The notes below the pieces were generated by a model. That model was not told the DNA's origin. It made no database searches and was given only the letters and a program-made list of their open reading frames with translations. A stretch of 64,000 bases of DNA. Source: Dehalococcoidia bacterium. GTDB lineage: Bacteria > Chloroflexota > Dehalococcoidia > Plut-88900. This document shows positions 30,255 through 40,684 of the stretch, in pieces; within the stretch, counting starts at the first letter, position 1; the number at the start of each line of letters is the position of its first letter. The stretch covers positions 832,001-896,000 of the forward strand of contig OZ240219.1 in the NCBI GenBank assembly GCA_965197645.1, given 5' to 3'. A program made the translations under genes and the position numbers.

Positions 30255-31730
30255 CTAGGGGTACAGTAGCTCATCGGCGGCCTTTTGGAGATCGGCACGG
30301 AAGTCGGGGTGGGCCACGGCTATCAGCTCCCTGGCCCGCTCCCTGATGGGCTTTCCCAGAAGCTGGGCCACGCCGTACTCGGTGACAACCGTATCGGCGA
30401 AGGTCCTGGGCACGGTCACGACCAATCCCTCCTCCAGCTGGGGGACGATCCGGGATACGGCGCCGCCCAGAGCGGTCGATCTGAGCAGGGTGATGCCCCG
30501 TCCTCCCTTGGACAGGACGGCGCCCATCTGGAAGTCCAGCTGTCCGCCTGTGCCGCTGATCTGCCGCGGCCCCATGACCGATTCGGAGTTGATCTGGCCG
30601 TTGAAGTCGATGGAGACGGCGTTGTTGATGGAGACCATGTTGTCGTTGCGGGATACCGCTACCACGTTGGCCACGTAGTCGGCGTCGTACAGCTCGATGA
30701 GGGGGTTGTTGTGGGACCATCTGATCTCCGATGGCCTGGCGCCGGTCAGAGCAGCGAAGACGGCCTTGTCGGGATGGTAGCTCTTTCGAGCCCCCGTTAT
30801 GATGCCTCGCTGGATCAGGTCGACTATGCCGGGTGGGGTTAGCTCCGAGTGCCACCCCAGGTCCGTCTTATCGTCGAACACACCCATGTTGGCTAGCATC
30901 ATCGAAGGTATGCCCATCCCTATCTGCATCGTAGCGCCGTCTTCGACCAGCTCCGACACGTACTCACCGATACGTCTCGGCACCTCGGGGGCCTCGGCGA
31001 GGCCGCGTTCAACAGCGAAGTGCCGGACCTGCGCGGTGGTAAGGCCGGCCAACTCGGGTAGATAGGCCCCTCTCTCCTCGGGTTCCATCAGCCCCATCAG
31101 CTCCTTTAGCTGGGTGCGGGTTTCCGGATCGGGGTTGGCCTCGATGGTGCGGGATATCTCGTCGTCGGAAAGGGTCGCCTCTTCCTGCTCGACGAAGTAG
31201 TCGAACTCGGTAACGTGGGCGTAGTTTGCGCCGTAGGTACGGATCTGGCTGGCGTCCACCCCGGCCAGGACTTTTTTGGACACCCGCATCAGGGCCTTCT
31301 TGTTCCACAGGTGCCCCCCGAAGCTGCAAAGGCCCCTTTCGTCGGGAGGCGACACCGCGACCATCAGCACGTCGATGGGCCGCTCCTCTCGATTGGGACT
31401 CCGGTAGCCCTTCGGCTGGAGGGAGAAGATCATGGGTGAGTAATCGATGACGTGGGCGTCCAACTGAGGCTGTGCCAACGCGCCTATAATCTGGTCGGCT
31501 ACTACGTTGAAGGAGTCCTGCCAGTCCGCCTGGAGCCAGCCGGGATCGTAGTCCGGGGCGTCGATCCATAGATCGATGTCCTGGAGCTCATCCCTGCGCC
31601 GTGCCAGGGCCTCCAGCAGGCTTTGGGGATGGGGATACACGGGCACGTTTATGAAGTCGCCGGACTTGACGATCTTGACCGCCTCGTCGGGGGTTACGAG
31701 CCTGTCCTTGTAGTACTCTCGCCAGTCCAT
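30255..31730 (-). CDS. Acetyl-CoA hydrolase / 4-hydroxybutyrate CoA-transferase family protein
   Basis: VSPPD..G.CSFG, DGATMQIGMG, HSEL, SINNA..IDF.GQ, SGTGGQLDF and VVTEYGVA motifs. Confidence 0.92.
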   Translation of the reverse strand: MDWREYYKDRLVTPDEAVKIVKSGDFINVPVYPHPQSLLEALARRRDELQDIDLWIDAPDYDPGWLQADWQDSFNVVADQIIGALAQPQLDAHVIDYSPMIFSLQPKGYRSPNREERPIDVLMVAVSPPDERGLCSFGGHLWNKKALMRVSKKVLAGVDASQIRTYGANYAHVTEFDYFVEQEEATLSDDEISRTIEANPDPETRTQLKELMGLMEPEERGAYLPELAGLTTAQVRHFAVERGLAEAPEVPRRIGEYVSELVEDGATMQIGMGIPSMMLANMGVFDDKTDLGWHSELTPPGIVDLIQRGIITGARKSYHPDKAVFAALTGARPSEIRWSHNNPLIELYDADYVANVVAVSRNDNMVSINNAVSIDFNGQINSESVMGPRQISGTGGQLDFQMGAVLSKGGRGITLLRSTALGGAVSRIVPQLEEGLVVTVPRTFADTVVTEYGVAQLLGKPIRERARELIAVAHPDFRADLQKAADELLYP

Positions 31731-31737
31731 GACGACC

Positions 31738-32373
31738 TTAGAACTGGACCCGGCCGGGCCACTTGAGCTCCCAGAACGTAGCGGTGGGCATCTCTTCGAA
31801 CACGTCCCGCATCCCGTTCACCAGTCCAGGGTAGACTTCGTTCAGGTACCTGTCGCAATCTTCCTTGGACTCCCACCCGGATACCTGGGAGCCCCTCCTC
31901 TCCTCCTCGGTGGAAAGGAGAACGAAGATGAACTTGTTGCCTTTGTGGTCGAACACAGGGTTTATGACCCCCTCATCGTAGGAGGCTTTTACGACGGCGA
32001 CCCCTTCGGGCTTGAACTTGAAGCGGCTGGTTCGAATGTAGGTCTCCGAGCCCTTGAGCAGGTCGGGGTCGAGATGGAACTTACCGGGCCACTTGATCTC
32101 CCAGAAGGAGGTCTCCGGCTTCTTTTCGAAGACCCATTCCCATTTTTCGTACACGGCGGGAAGTACCTGGGAAAGATAACGGTCGCAGTCCTCCTTGGAG
32201 TCCCAACCGGTGATTTGCCTCACCTCCCTCTCCCTCTCGACGCTGTTGAGAACGCAGAAGAGGCGGTTACCCTCGGAGTTAATCACGGGGCCCATGACCT
32301 CTGACTCGTAGACGTTTTTGACGGTTGATAGAGCCTCCTCCTTCAAGAGAACGTGCCTTATCATGACGTACAT
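31738..32373 (-). CDS. Hypothetical protein with two tandem ABM-like (dimeric alpha/beta barrel) repeats
   Basis: GW(D/E)SKEDCDRYL...P.T.FWE(I/L)KWPG occurs twice; GAGGAGG RBS. Confidence 0.75.
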   Translation of the reverse strand: MYVMIRHVLLKEEALSTVKNVYESEVMGPVINSEGNRLFCVLNSVEREREVRQITGWDSKEDCDRYLSQVLPAVYEKWEWVFEKKPETSFWEIKWPGKFHLDPDLLKGSETYIRTSRFKFKPEGVAVVKASYDEGVINPVFDHKGNKFIFVLLSTEEERRGSQVSGWESKEDCDRYLNEVYPGLVNGMRDVFEEMPTATFWELKWPGRVQF

Positions 32374-32416
32374 CCCTGAACCTCCTCGAGGTGTATATAA
32401 GAACGGTCGCGCTATT

Positions 32417-34078
32417 CTAGCACTGGGAGCCGGGGGCCGCGCCGTAGCTCTTCCTCAGGGGGATCTCCTTCAGGAAGAGCAGGACCAGTATCGAAACGGC
32501 GACGACGATGGTGGCCACGAGAAATATATCGGTGAGGGCGTTGGCGAGGGCCACCTTCATGGCATCCAGAAGAGACTCCATGAGCTCGACGCCCCGGTCT
32601 CCCATGCCGGCGAACTGCTCCTCCAGGAACAAGCGTGAAGAGGGGTCCACGAGGGCGTTGGGGTCTCGGAGGTGACCGACCTTGTCGGGCCCCAGGGCGT
32701 TCACTGCATCCAGGGGCAGACCGGTGTCCAGGTTGCGGGACAGCCTGGTGGTAAGAATCGCTCCCATCACCGCCACTCCCAGGGCGCCTCCCGTGCTTCG
32801 GAAGAACTGGACCGACGCCGTTACCACACCCATGAATGAGTGGTGGAAGGCGTTCTGCACGACGATGGTGAACACGGGAAAGCCGATACCCAGGCCGAAG
32901 CCCATCAGCACCATGTTCAGGGTCACCTCCCGGTTGCCGGTATCGGCGTCCATCAGGCACAACAGCACCATCCCCGCAGTCATCATTCCGATTCCGGCCA
33001 GGCTTAGTATCTTGTAGTGCCCTATCCTGGACAGCAGCTGCCCGCCTACTATGCTTCCCACGACGATGGCCAGCATCATGGGCAGCATCACCAACCCTGA
33101 GTTGGTCGCCGAGCTTCCTATGACTCCCTGTACGAACAGGGGGATGAACAGAATGGACCCAAACATCCCGACACCCGTGAGAAAGGTGGTGATTGCTATT
33201 ACCGTGAATATCCGGTTCCTGAACATAGAAAGAGGGAGGATGGGTGAGGGGGTCCGATGCTCGATGAAGAGCCAGATGGCGAACATGATTCCGGAGAAAA
33301 CGAACAGCAGCACCACTTGCGTCGAGGCCCAGGAGTAGGTCTGGCTGCCGAGGGAGATGGCCAGGAACAGGGGTATCAGGGTGAGGACCAAGGCCGCGGC
33401 ACCCGGGTAGTCGACGCTCTCCTTCAGGCTCTTTCCTCCGAACGGAGGCATGGAGACGATAATCGCCACCAGTGCCAGGAGGCTTATCGGTATGTTGACG
33501 TAGAACACCCATCTCCAGCTCAGGTTGTCGGTCAGGGCGCCACCGGCGACGGGCCCTACGACGCTGGCCAGGCCGAATACGGCGCCGATGAGACCGGTCC
33601 ATTTGCCTCGCTCCGCCGGCGGGAAGACGTCGCCGACCACGGTGAAGGCGTTGGACATCAGGAACCCGGCTCCACCCCCCTGCACGCCCCTGGACAGAAT
33701 CAGCTGGACCATGTTCTGCGATATGCCCGACAGCACCGAGCCGGCGAGGAAGATCAGTATTCCCGCAATGAACAGCGGCTTGCGACCGTATATATCGGAA
33801 ACGCGGCCGACGATGGGCACGAGGGTGGTGGACATCACCAGGTAGGAGGTCACCACCCAGGAGATCTGGTCTATGCCACCCACGTCGGCGACGATCCTGG
33901 GCAGGGCGGTTGCGACGATGGTCTGGTCGAGGGCGGCCAGGAACAGGGACATCATGGCCGCGCCCAGGATCAGGACGACCTGGGTCCTGGAAAGTCGTCC
34001 TATGGGACTGGCGGCGTCAGAGGACACGTCCGAGGCCGATTCGTCGGTCTGAAGACCGGTTTGCTCTGCTTCTTCCAA
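32417..34078 (-). CDS. MFS DHA2 (EmrB/QacA) family efflux transporter
   Basis: LAALDQTIVATALP, GRVSDIYGRK, GPVAGG and WRWVFYVNIP motifs; about 14 TM helices. Confidence 0.95.
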   Translation of the reverse strand: MEEAEQTGLQTDESASDVSSDAASPIGRLSRTQVVLILGAAMMSLFLAALDQTIVATALPRIVADVGGIDQISWVVTSYLVMSTTLVPIVGRVSDIYGRKPLFIAGILIFLAGSVLSGISQNMVQLILSRGVQGGGAGFLMSNAFTVVGDVFPPAERGKWTGLIGAVFGLASVVGPVAGGALTDNLSWRWVFYVNIPISLLALVAIIVSMPPFGGKSLKESVDYPGAAALVLTLIPLFLAISLGSQTYSWASTQVVLLFVFSGIMFAIWLFIEHRTPSPILPLSMFRNRIFTVIAITTFLTGVGMFGSILFIPLFVQGVIGSSATNSGLVMLPMMLAIVVGSIVGGQLLSRIGHYKILSLAGIGMMTAGMVLLCLMDADTGNREVTLNMVLMGFGLGIGFPVFTIVVQNAFHHSFMGVVTASVQFFRSTGGALGVAVMGAILTTRLSRNLDTGLPLDAVNALGPDKVGHLRDPNALVDPSSRLFLEEQFAGMGDRGVELMESLLDAMKVALANALTDIFLVATIVVAVSILVLLFLKEIPLRKSYGAAPGSQC

Positions 34079-34227
34079 GGGTACGGTACCGGGGTGGACG
34101 GGGCCCGACTATGTGCCAGCGAGCGGGGATTGTGCTGATCGTTCCACGTTTCAGCCAGGCCGTCACAGGACTATACACCCCGCTCTATGGCGATACAACA
34201 CTCTTGGACCCGAGCCAGGGTGCTATC

Positions 34228-35805
34228 ATGGCCGGCGTGAACGCAGACAAGCCCAAGGTACCCGTTCTCTACAACGCCAACGTATTAACCCTCGATCCCG
34301 TGCTGCCTCGAGCCGGTGGAGTAGAGATCGACGGGAGTCGTATCAGCCGGGTGGGAGAAGGGATTTCAGGCGGTGACCGGGGTATAGATTGCGAGGGCAG
34401 GACGGTGATGCCAGGCTTCATCGACGCTCACATCCACTTTCTGGCCTACGCCTCCAGCCTGCGCAGCGTGGACTGCTCTCCAAGGCGGGTGAGTTCGATA
34501 GAGGACATCGTCGCCGCTCTCTCCCAAGCGGCCCGCGTCACGCCCGTCGGTGAGTGGGTCCGCGGCACGGGCTACGAGGAGTTCCATCTCCAGGAGGGCC
34601 GCCACCCGGTCGGCGGCGACCTGGACCGGGCCACGACGGACCACCCGGTCAGGCTGTCCCATCGCTCAGGACATGCCAGCGTGTTGAACACCTACGGAAT
34701 GAGGCTGGCAGACATCACGATAGAAACAGCGGAGCCCGGCGCTGGGGTCATGGATAGGGACCCCCGTACAGGCCGGCCCACCGGCCTCCTCCTGGACCTG
34801 GAGCAGTGGCTGGACCAGCGGCTCGAAGGCAAGTACGCAGCCGGTATACCGGATGAAGCCGTCCACGAAGCGTCCCAGCGTTTGCTCGCCATGGGCATCA
34901 CAACCTTTCAGGACGCTTCCCCGTCCAACTCGTTGGACCGGTGGCGGCTGTTCAAACGCTTGAGAAGCGAGGGGAGGCTGGACTGCACGGTGAACATGAT
35001 GGTAGGCCACCAACACCTTGGCGAGATGCTGGATGCGGGACTTGGGTTCGGGTCAGGGGACGAAGGTATGCAGGTCGGACCGGCGAAGGTAATGTTGAGC
35101 GGGGTAGCCGGGTCGCTCCAGCCCTCGAAAGAGGAGCTTATCGACATCGTCCAAAGGGCTTACGGCCTGGGATTCCCGGTGGCCATTCACGCCGTGGAGC
35201 AAGAGGAGGTGGAGGCGGCTGTAAGCGCCCTGGAGAGCCTGGCACGGCATGACCCCGAGTCCACGCTGGTCCATCGCATCGAGCACTGCTCCATCGCTCC
35301 ACCGGAGCTTCAGGACCGGTTGACGCGACTCAATGCCATGGTAGTGACACAGCCCGGGTTTCTGTATGAGAGCGGCGAACGGTACCTTCGAACGGTCCCC
35401 GGAGATGATGTTCCGTGGCTGTACCCGGTGAGATCACTGAGGGACAGGGGTATTCGCGTGGCCGCCGGCTCCGATGCTCCCGTGGCCTCGCCTCGCCCCA
35501 TGACCGCCATCTACTCAGCGGTGACTCGACGAGCAGCCAATGGAGAGACTGTGGCCCCCGAGCAGGGAATACCGGTGCTGGAGGCGTTGAAGATGTACAC
35601 GGTGGATGCTGCCTGCGCCCTAGGCCAGGGATCGGATAAAGGCACCTTGTCGCCGGGGCAGCGGGCCGATCTAGTAGTGCTCAGTGACGACCCGATCCGA
35701 GCATCGCCGGAATCGATCAAGGAGATCGAGGTGGAGGCCACCGTCATCGGTGGGAGGCTCGTATGGGCCAGCGACGATTTCAAGGAGAGAGCGGCGGCTC
35801 GCTAG
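34228..35805 (+). CDS. YtcJ-like amidohydrolase (Amidohydro_3)
   Basis: MPGFIDAHIH, SGHASVLN, AIHA, HRIEHC, GSDAP and G.RADLVVL motifs; start ATG 34228 or GTG 34237. Confidence 0.9.
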   Translation: MAGVNADKPKVPVLYNANVLTLDPVLPRAGGVEIDGSRISRVGEGISGGDRGIDCEGRTVMPGFIDAHIHFLAYASSLRSVDCSPRRVSSIEDIVAALSQAARVTPVGEWVRGTGYEEFHLQEGRHPVGGDLDRATTDHPVRLSHRSGHASVLNTYGMRLADITIETAEPGAGVMDRDPRTGRPTGLLLDLEQWLDQRLEGKYAAGIPDEAVHEASQRLLAMGITTFQDASPSNSLDRWRLFKRLRSEGRLDCTVNMMVGHQHLGEMLDAGLGFGSGDEGMQVGPAKVMLSGVAGSLQPSKEELIDIVQRAYGLGFPVAIHAVEQEEVEAAVSALESLARHDPESTLVHRIEHCSIAPPELQDRLTRLNAMVVTQPGFLYESGERYLRTVPGDDVPWLYPVRSLRDRGIRVAAGSDAPVASPRPMTAIYSAVTRRAANGETVAPEQGIPVLEALKMYTVDAACALGQGSDKGTLSPGQRADLVVLSDDPIRASPESIKEIEVEATVIGGRLVWASDDFKERAAAR

Positions 35806-35809
35806 GCTG

Positions 35810-36784
35810 CTATCGGTCGCGCTCCAGTACGTACGAGACCAGGGTTTCCAGCGAGCGCCGGTACTCGTTGGCCGGTAAAGACTCCAGGGCGCTGCGAGCC
35901 TCCAGGCAGAACTGCTTCGCCACCTCGTAGGAGTCCTCGATTGCCGACGAGTTGTTTATCATCTCGACGGTACGTTGCAGGGCGGCCTCATTGTTCCGGT
36001 CCTCGCCGATCTCCCGTATCGGGTTGCCGTCGGGATACCTCTCCAGGAGCAATATGGACGGGAGGGTCAGGACGCCTTGGGCCAGGTCGCTTCCCACTGG
36101 TTTGCCCACCTCGGATTCGCTCCCTTGGAAGTCCAGGATGTCATCGACTATCTGGAACGCCATGCCGAGGCTGTGTCCATAGGTCCGCAGAGACTGAACG
36201 GTGGTCTCGGGGGCGCCGCTCAAGATGGCCCCGGTTTCGGAGGAGGTAGTGAACAGAGAGGCGGTCTTCTGGTCTATTCGCTTCCAGTAGTCATCCCGGG
36301 ACTGGTCCCAGTTGTAGGAGCTGACCCGCTCGGCCAACTCGCCGCCGGAGAGGTCCATGATGGTCTCGGAGAAGATGCGTATCACCCTGACATTTTCGGT
36401 GGCGCAGACTAGGGTGGCGGACTTGGCGAAAACGTAGTCGCCCACCAGAACGGCCACATTCTCTCCCCACCGGCTGCTGACCGTGGGACGGCCTCGGCGG
36501 ATGTCCGCCTTATCGACGGTGTCGTCGTGGATGAGGGTAGCGATGTGCAGCAGCTCCACGGCGCCGGCCATGAGGATTACCGGATCCAGGTCGTGGGGAT
36601 GGAACTTGGATGCCAGAACGGTAATTGCAGGCCGGGTGCCCTTGCCTCCGCTGCCCATCACGTGAGCAAGCATGTCGGCCAGCTCGGGGAAATCCACCCG
36701 GCTGGCGGACTGGAGTTGGCTTCGGACGCGGAGCAGTTCCTCTTTGACCGGCTCGTAGATGGGGAGTACGGCTGCCAAACTCAT
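35810..36784 (-). CDS. Polyprenyl diphosphate synthase (HepT/IspB-like)
   Basis: GGKGTRP, ELLHIATLIHDDTVD..RRG, KTASLF, FQIVDDILD and GKP motifs. Confidence 0.94.
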   Translation of the reverse strand: MSLAAVLPIYEPVKEELLRVRSQLQSASRVDFPELADMLAHVMGSGGKGTRPAITVLASKFHPHDLDPVILMAGAVELLHIATLIHDDTVDKADIRRGRPTVSSRWGENVAVLVGDYVFAKSATLVCATENVRVIRIFSETIMDLSGGELAERVSSYNWDQSRDDYWKRIDQKTASLFTTSSETGAILSGAPETTVQSLRTYGHSLGMAFQIVDDILDFQGSESEVGKPVGSDLAQGVLTLPSILLLERYPDGNPIREIGEDRNNEAALQRTVEMINNSSAIEDSYEVAKQFCLEARSALESLPANEYRRSLETLVSYVLERDR

Positions 36785-36801
36785 GGGCTTGTCCAGAGGG
36801 C

Positions 36802-38472
36802 CTATGCCGGGACCTGGCCCAGCCTGGCCGTCTCCTCCTCCGCTACCGATTCGTCCAGCTTCTTGAACAACGCCTGCGGCGGCTCCAGCTTTTGCCCGAC
36901 GTCGGGCATCCGGAAGCGCCACTCGTTATGCTCGTCCAGCTCTTCGAAGCCCAGTAAGCGGTGGAGCTTCTTGGAGCTGAAAGGCATGAAAGGATACATA
37001 AGGGTCTTGAGGGCGGAGACGGTATTCACGGCGCACCAGAGGGTGGTTGCGGCGTCCTGCCGGTCCTCTTTTATCGCTTTCCAGGGGGCCTTGAGGTCCA
37101 GGTACCGGTTGGCCTCGTGGGCCAGGCCCATCGCCTCCCGGATGGCCTCCTTGAACCTGCACAGCTCCAGCAGCCGATCGACGGAGTCGAAGGCGGGCTG
37201 AATCTTGGCCAGGAGCTCCTCGGACGCTGAATCTCGGTGACCGGGTTCGGGGACGCGGCCATCGAAGTTCCGATAGGTCATCGTCAGCACCCTGTGAACG
37301 AGGTTTCCGTAGGTACCCACAAGCTCTCCGTTGTTGCGCCGCACGAACTCGCGCCACGAAAAGTCGGCGTCGGAGGTATCGGGCATGTTGGCGGAGAGGT
37401 AGTAGCGAAGAGGGTCGGGATCGTACCTTTTCAGGTAGTCGGGCAGCCAAACGGCCCAGTTGCGGCTGGTGGAGAGCTGGCGGCCATCGATGGTGAGGAA
37501 CTCGTTGGCCGGCACATCGTAGGGCAGGGCGAGGTTGCCGTAGCCCATGAGCATGGCCGGCCAGATGATGGTATGGAAGGGAATATTGTCCTTGCCGATG
37601 AAGTAGTAGGCCTTCGCCTCCTCACCCCAGAACTCTTTCCACTGATCGGGGGCGCCTCGATTCTTCGCCCACTCGACGCTGGCGGAGAGATAGCCGATGA
37701 CGGCTTCGAACCAGACGTAGATGCGCTTGTCTTCGTATCCCGGCAGTGGGACGGGGACGCCCCAGTTGATGTCCCGGGTGATGGCCCGATCCTTCAGCCC
37801 GTCCCGCAGCAGCTGCAGGGTGAAGTTGCGGACGTTGAGACGCCAGTGGTCCTGGCCCTCCACCCAATCGATGAGTGGTTCCTGAAGGGCGCTGAGACGG
37901 AGGAAGAAGTGCTCGGTGTCCGTTATCTGGGGGACGTCGCCGGAGATGCCGCACCGGAGACCGATGAGATCGGTGGGATTCAGGGGCTTGCCGCAGTTGT
38001 CGCACTGGTCGCCCCGAGCGGCCTCGTAGCCACATAGGGGGCAGGCGCCCTCCACGTACCTATCGGGCAGAAAGCGGTTGCAGGTGTGGCAAAAGGGCAT
38101 GCTCATAGTGTCAGTGTAGATGTAGTCCTTGGACAAGAGCACCTTGAAGATGTCCTGGGCGACCTCCCGGTGGTTGTCCGTGCCGGTGGTGGTAAACAGA
38201 TCGAAGGAGATGCCCAGGTCTTCCCAGCTGCGAAGGAACTCCGCCTGAAATCTGTCTACAATCTGCTGGGGCGAGACCTGCTCCTGCTCGGCGCGAATGG
38301 TTATGGGCGTGCCGTGCTGGTCGCTGCCCGAGACCATCAGCACCTCGTTGCCCTTTGCCCGATGATAGCGGGCGAAGATATCAGGCGGCAGGTAGGCGCC
38401 GGCTATCTGGCCCAGATGCAATGAGCCATTGGCGTAGGGCCAGGCAACAGCGATCAGGATTTTTTCGGGCAA
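36802..38472 (-). CDS. metG: Methionine--tRNA ligase
   Basis: AWPYANGSLHLG, Zn knuckles, YVWFEA, GKDNIPFH and QLSTS motifs. Confidence 0.97.
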   Translation of the reverse strand: MPEKILIAVAWPYANGSLHLGQIAGAYLPPDIFARYHRAKGNEVLMVSGSDQHGTPITIRAEQEQVSPQQIVDRFQAEFLRSWEDLGISFDLFTTTGTDNHREVAQDIFKVLLSKDYIYTDTMSMPFCHTCNRFLPDRYVEGACPLCGYEAARGDQCDNCGKPLNPTDLIGLRCGISGDVPQITDTEHFFLRLSALQEPLIDWVEGQDHWRLNVRNFTLQLLRDGLKDRAITRDINWGVPVPLPGYEDKRIYVWFEAVIGYLSASVEWAKNRGAPDQWKEFWGEEAKAYYFIGKDNIPFHTIIWPAMLMGYGNLALPYDVPANEFLTIDGRQLSTSRNWAVWLPDYLKRYDPDPLRYYLSANMPDTSDADFSWREFVRRNNGELVGTYGNLVHRVLTMTYRNFDGRVPEPGHRDSASEELLAKIQPAFDSVDRLLELCRFKEAIREAMGLAHEANRYLDLKAPWKAIKEDRQDAATTLWCAVNTVSALKTLMYPFMPFSSKKLHRLLGFEELDEHNEWRFRMPDVGQKLEPPQALFKKLDESVAEEETARLGQVPA

Positions 38473-38550
38473 AACGCTGTCCTTTCAGGGGCAAGCAATT
38501 CTAGCACGCCGTATGTGAAATTAACAACGAACGGTAGAGGGCAGGACGCT

Positions 38551-39357
38551 TCACGGCTCTCGCCACAGCCTGTACACGCGGTTCCTGGGCACGCCCAGAG
38601 ACCCGGCGACCTCGTCTACGGCCTCCCTGGCGCCTGATCCCTCCGCCCTCATTCTGGCCAGCTCATCCCTGATCTCTTCGTCGGAGGCGGCGCCACTACA
38701 GCCGATTGCCCCCTCCATGACGAGGGTGAACTCGCCGCGTGGGTGGAGGAAGTGCTCCCTTGCCTCGGCGGCCGTTCCCCGGAATACCTCCTCGTGGACC
38801 TTGGTCAGCTCCCTACAGACCGCCAGCCGTCGCTCCCCGAACAGCTCGGACAGGTCACCGAGGGTGGATCGAAGGCGGTGTGGGGCCTCGAATAACACCA
38901 TGGTACGGGCCTCTTTCCGTAACGATTCCAGCATCCGGCGGCGTTCGGGCTTCTTCCTCGGCACGAATCCCAGGTAAACGAAGCTGTCGGCCGGAAGCCC
39001 GGAGACAATCAGCGCCGTGATAACTGCGGAGGGGCCGGGTACGGGGACCACTTCGATATCGTTCTCGATGGCGGCCTGGACCAGTTCATGGCCGGGATCG
39101 CTCAGGACGGGCGTTCCGGCGTCGGAGACCAGGGCGATATCCTCCGTTTTGAGATGTTCGATCAGCCCTGGCAGCTTGGACAGCTTGTTGTGTTCGTGGT
39201 AGCTGGTCAGTTTGGCATTTATCTCGTACCTTGCCAGGAGCCGGCGGGTCTTCCTCGTGTCCTCGGCCGCGATGAGGGAAACTTCCCTCAGCACCCGCAG
39301 AGCGCGCAGGGAAACATCCTCCAGGTTCCCGATGGGGGTAGCTACGATGTACAGCAT
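38551..39357 (-). CDS. rsmI: 16S rRNA (cytidine1402-2'-O)-methyltransferase
   Basis: LYIVATPIGNLED, AEDTR, VSDAGTP.LSDPG, EAPHR and RELTK.HEE motifs. Confidence 0.97.
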   Translation of the reverse strand: MLYIVATPIGNLEDVSLRALRVLREVSLIAAEDTRKTRRLLARYEINAKLTSYHEHNKLSKLPGLIEHLKTEDIALVSDAGTPVLSDPGHELVQAAIENDIEVVPVPGPSAVITALIVSGLPADSFVYLGFVPRKKPERRRMLESLRKEARTMVLFEAPHRLRSTLGDLSELFGERRLAVCRELTKVHEEVFRGTAAEAREHFLHPRGEFTLVMEGAIGCSGAASDEEIRDELARMRAEGSGAREAVDEVAGSLGVPRNRVYRLWREP

Positions 39358-39405
39358 CTCTTCGCCTTAGATCGATCAGCAGGTCAATACTAACACTGGG
39401 CTTGA

Positions 39406-39434
39406 TTGACATGCCGAAGGCGGGGATATATTTT
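39406..39434 (+). promoter_or_regulatory. Possible sigma70-type promoter of the CoA-transferase operon
   Basis: TTGACA(39406)-N17-TATTTT(39429). Confidence 0.4.
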
Positions 39435-39465
39435 GGTGTGGCCTGTCGGGGCCCTGCGGGGAGAC

Positions 39466-40680
39466 ATGAGCAAGCAAGCCTTAGAGGGAATCAAGGTAGC
39501 CGACTTTACGTGGATCGCCGCCGGGCCAGTGACCACCAAGTACCTGGCGGATCACGGGGCGACAGTAGTCCGCGTGGAGTCCACCACCAAGCCGGACCAC
39601 TCCCGAGGCTGGCCCCCCTTCAAAGGCGGCGAGGCAGGAATCAATCGCAGCGGCTTCTACACCGATTTCAACGCCAGCAAGTACAACCTGACCATCAACC
39701 TCAACAATGCGGCGGGACGGGAGGTAGCCCGGAAGCTGGTCAGGTGGGCCGACGTTTTCGTAGAGAACTACACCCCGGGCGTGATGGACAAGCTGGGCCT
39801 GGGCTATCCGGCGGCGGCGGAGCTGAACCCGGCAATCATCTACTTGAGCAGCTCTCAACAGGGCCGGGGCGGGCCCCACTATCGTCATTCGGGCTACGGG
39901 AACCATGCCGCATCCATATCGGGTTTCACCCACGTCACCGGCCAGCCCGGTGAGGAAGGGATGATGCCCTACGGCGCCTACACCGACTTCATCAGCCCCC
40001 GATTCTCGGTGGTGGCCATCCTTGCCGCCCTGGAGTTTCGCCGGAGAACGGGCGAGGGCCAGTACATCGACCTCGCTCAGGTGGAATCGGGCCTCCAGTT
40101 TCTGGCCCCCGTGGTTATGGACGAGGTGGCCAATGGGAATGCGTTTCTCCGTCACGGCAACCGGGACCTCAACGCCAGTCCTCACGGCGCCTACCCCTGC
40201 CGAGGTGAGGACCGGTGGTGCGTCATCGCCGTATTCACGGATGACCAGTGGCGGGCGCTGAGAAAGGTCATGGGCGATCCTTCATGGGCGTGCGAAGCTC
40301 GTTTCTCCACTCTGGAAGGCAGGAAAGCGAATGAGGACGAGCTGGACGGGCTCATCTCCCAGTGGACTAGAGACTATTCACCCGAGGAGGTGATGAGCAG
40401 GCTGCAGAAGGCCGGTGTTGCCGGTGGCATAGTTGCCACGGGCGAGGATATGTTCCGCGATCCCCAGCTGAAGCATAGAGAGCAATTCGTCGCCCTGGAA
40501 CACCCGGAGATGGGCTTGCATCACTACGACGGCCTCTCTTTCAAACTGTCGGGCACGCCGGGACGGCTCAGATCACCGGCGCCTTTGATCGGGCAGCACA
40601 ACGACTACGTGCTTCGCAAGCTGCTGGGAATGGACGATGAGGAGGTCGCAGAGGCGGCGGAAGCGGGTGCGTTGGACTAA
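39466..40680 (+). CDS. Family III CoA-transferase, BbsF-like subunit with catalytic Asp
   Basis: ALEGIKVADFTWIAAGP, GA.V.RVES, AYTDF, PHGAYPC and AP.IGQHN motifs. Confidence 0.9.
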   Translation: MSKQALEGIKVADFTWIAAGPVTTKYLADHGATVVRVESTTKPDHSRGWPPFKGGEAGINRSGFYTDFNASKYNLTINLNNAAGREVARKLVRWADVFVENYTPGVMDKLGLGYPAAAELNPAIIYLSSSQQGRGGPHYRHSGYGNHAASISGFTHVTGQPGEEGMMPYGAYTDFISPRFSVVAILAALEFRRRTGEGQYIDLAQVESGLQFLAPVVMDEVANGNAFLRHGNRDLNASPHGAYPCRGEDRWCVIAVFTDDQWRALRKVMGDPSWACEARFSTLEGRKANEDELDGLISQWTRDYSPEEVMSRLQKAGVAGGIVATGEDMFRDPQLKHREQFVALEHPEMGLHHYDGLSFKLSGTPGRLRSPAPLIGQHNDYVLRKLLGMDDEEVAEAAEAGALD

Positions 40681-40684
40681 TGAT

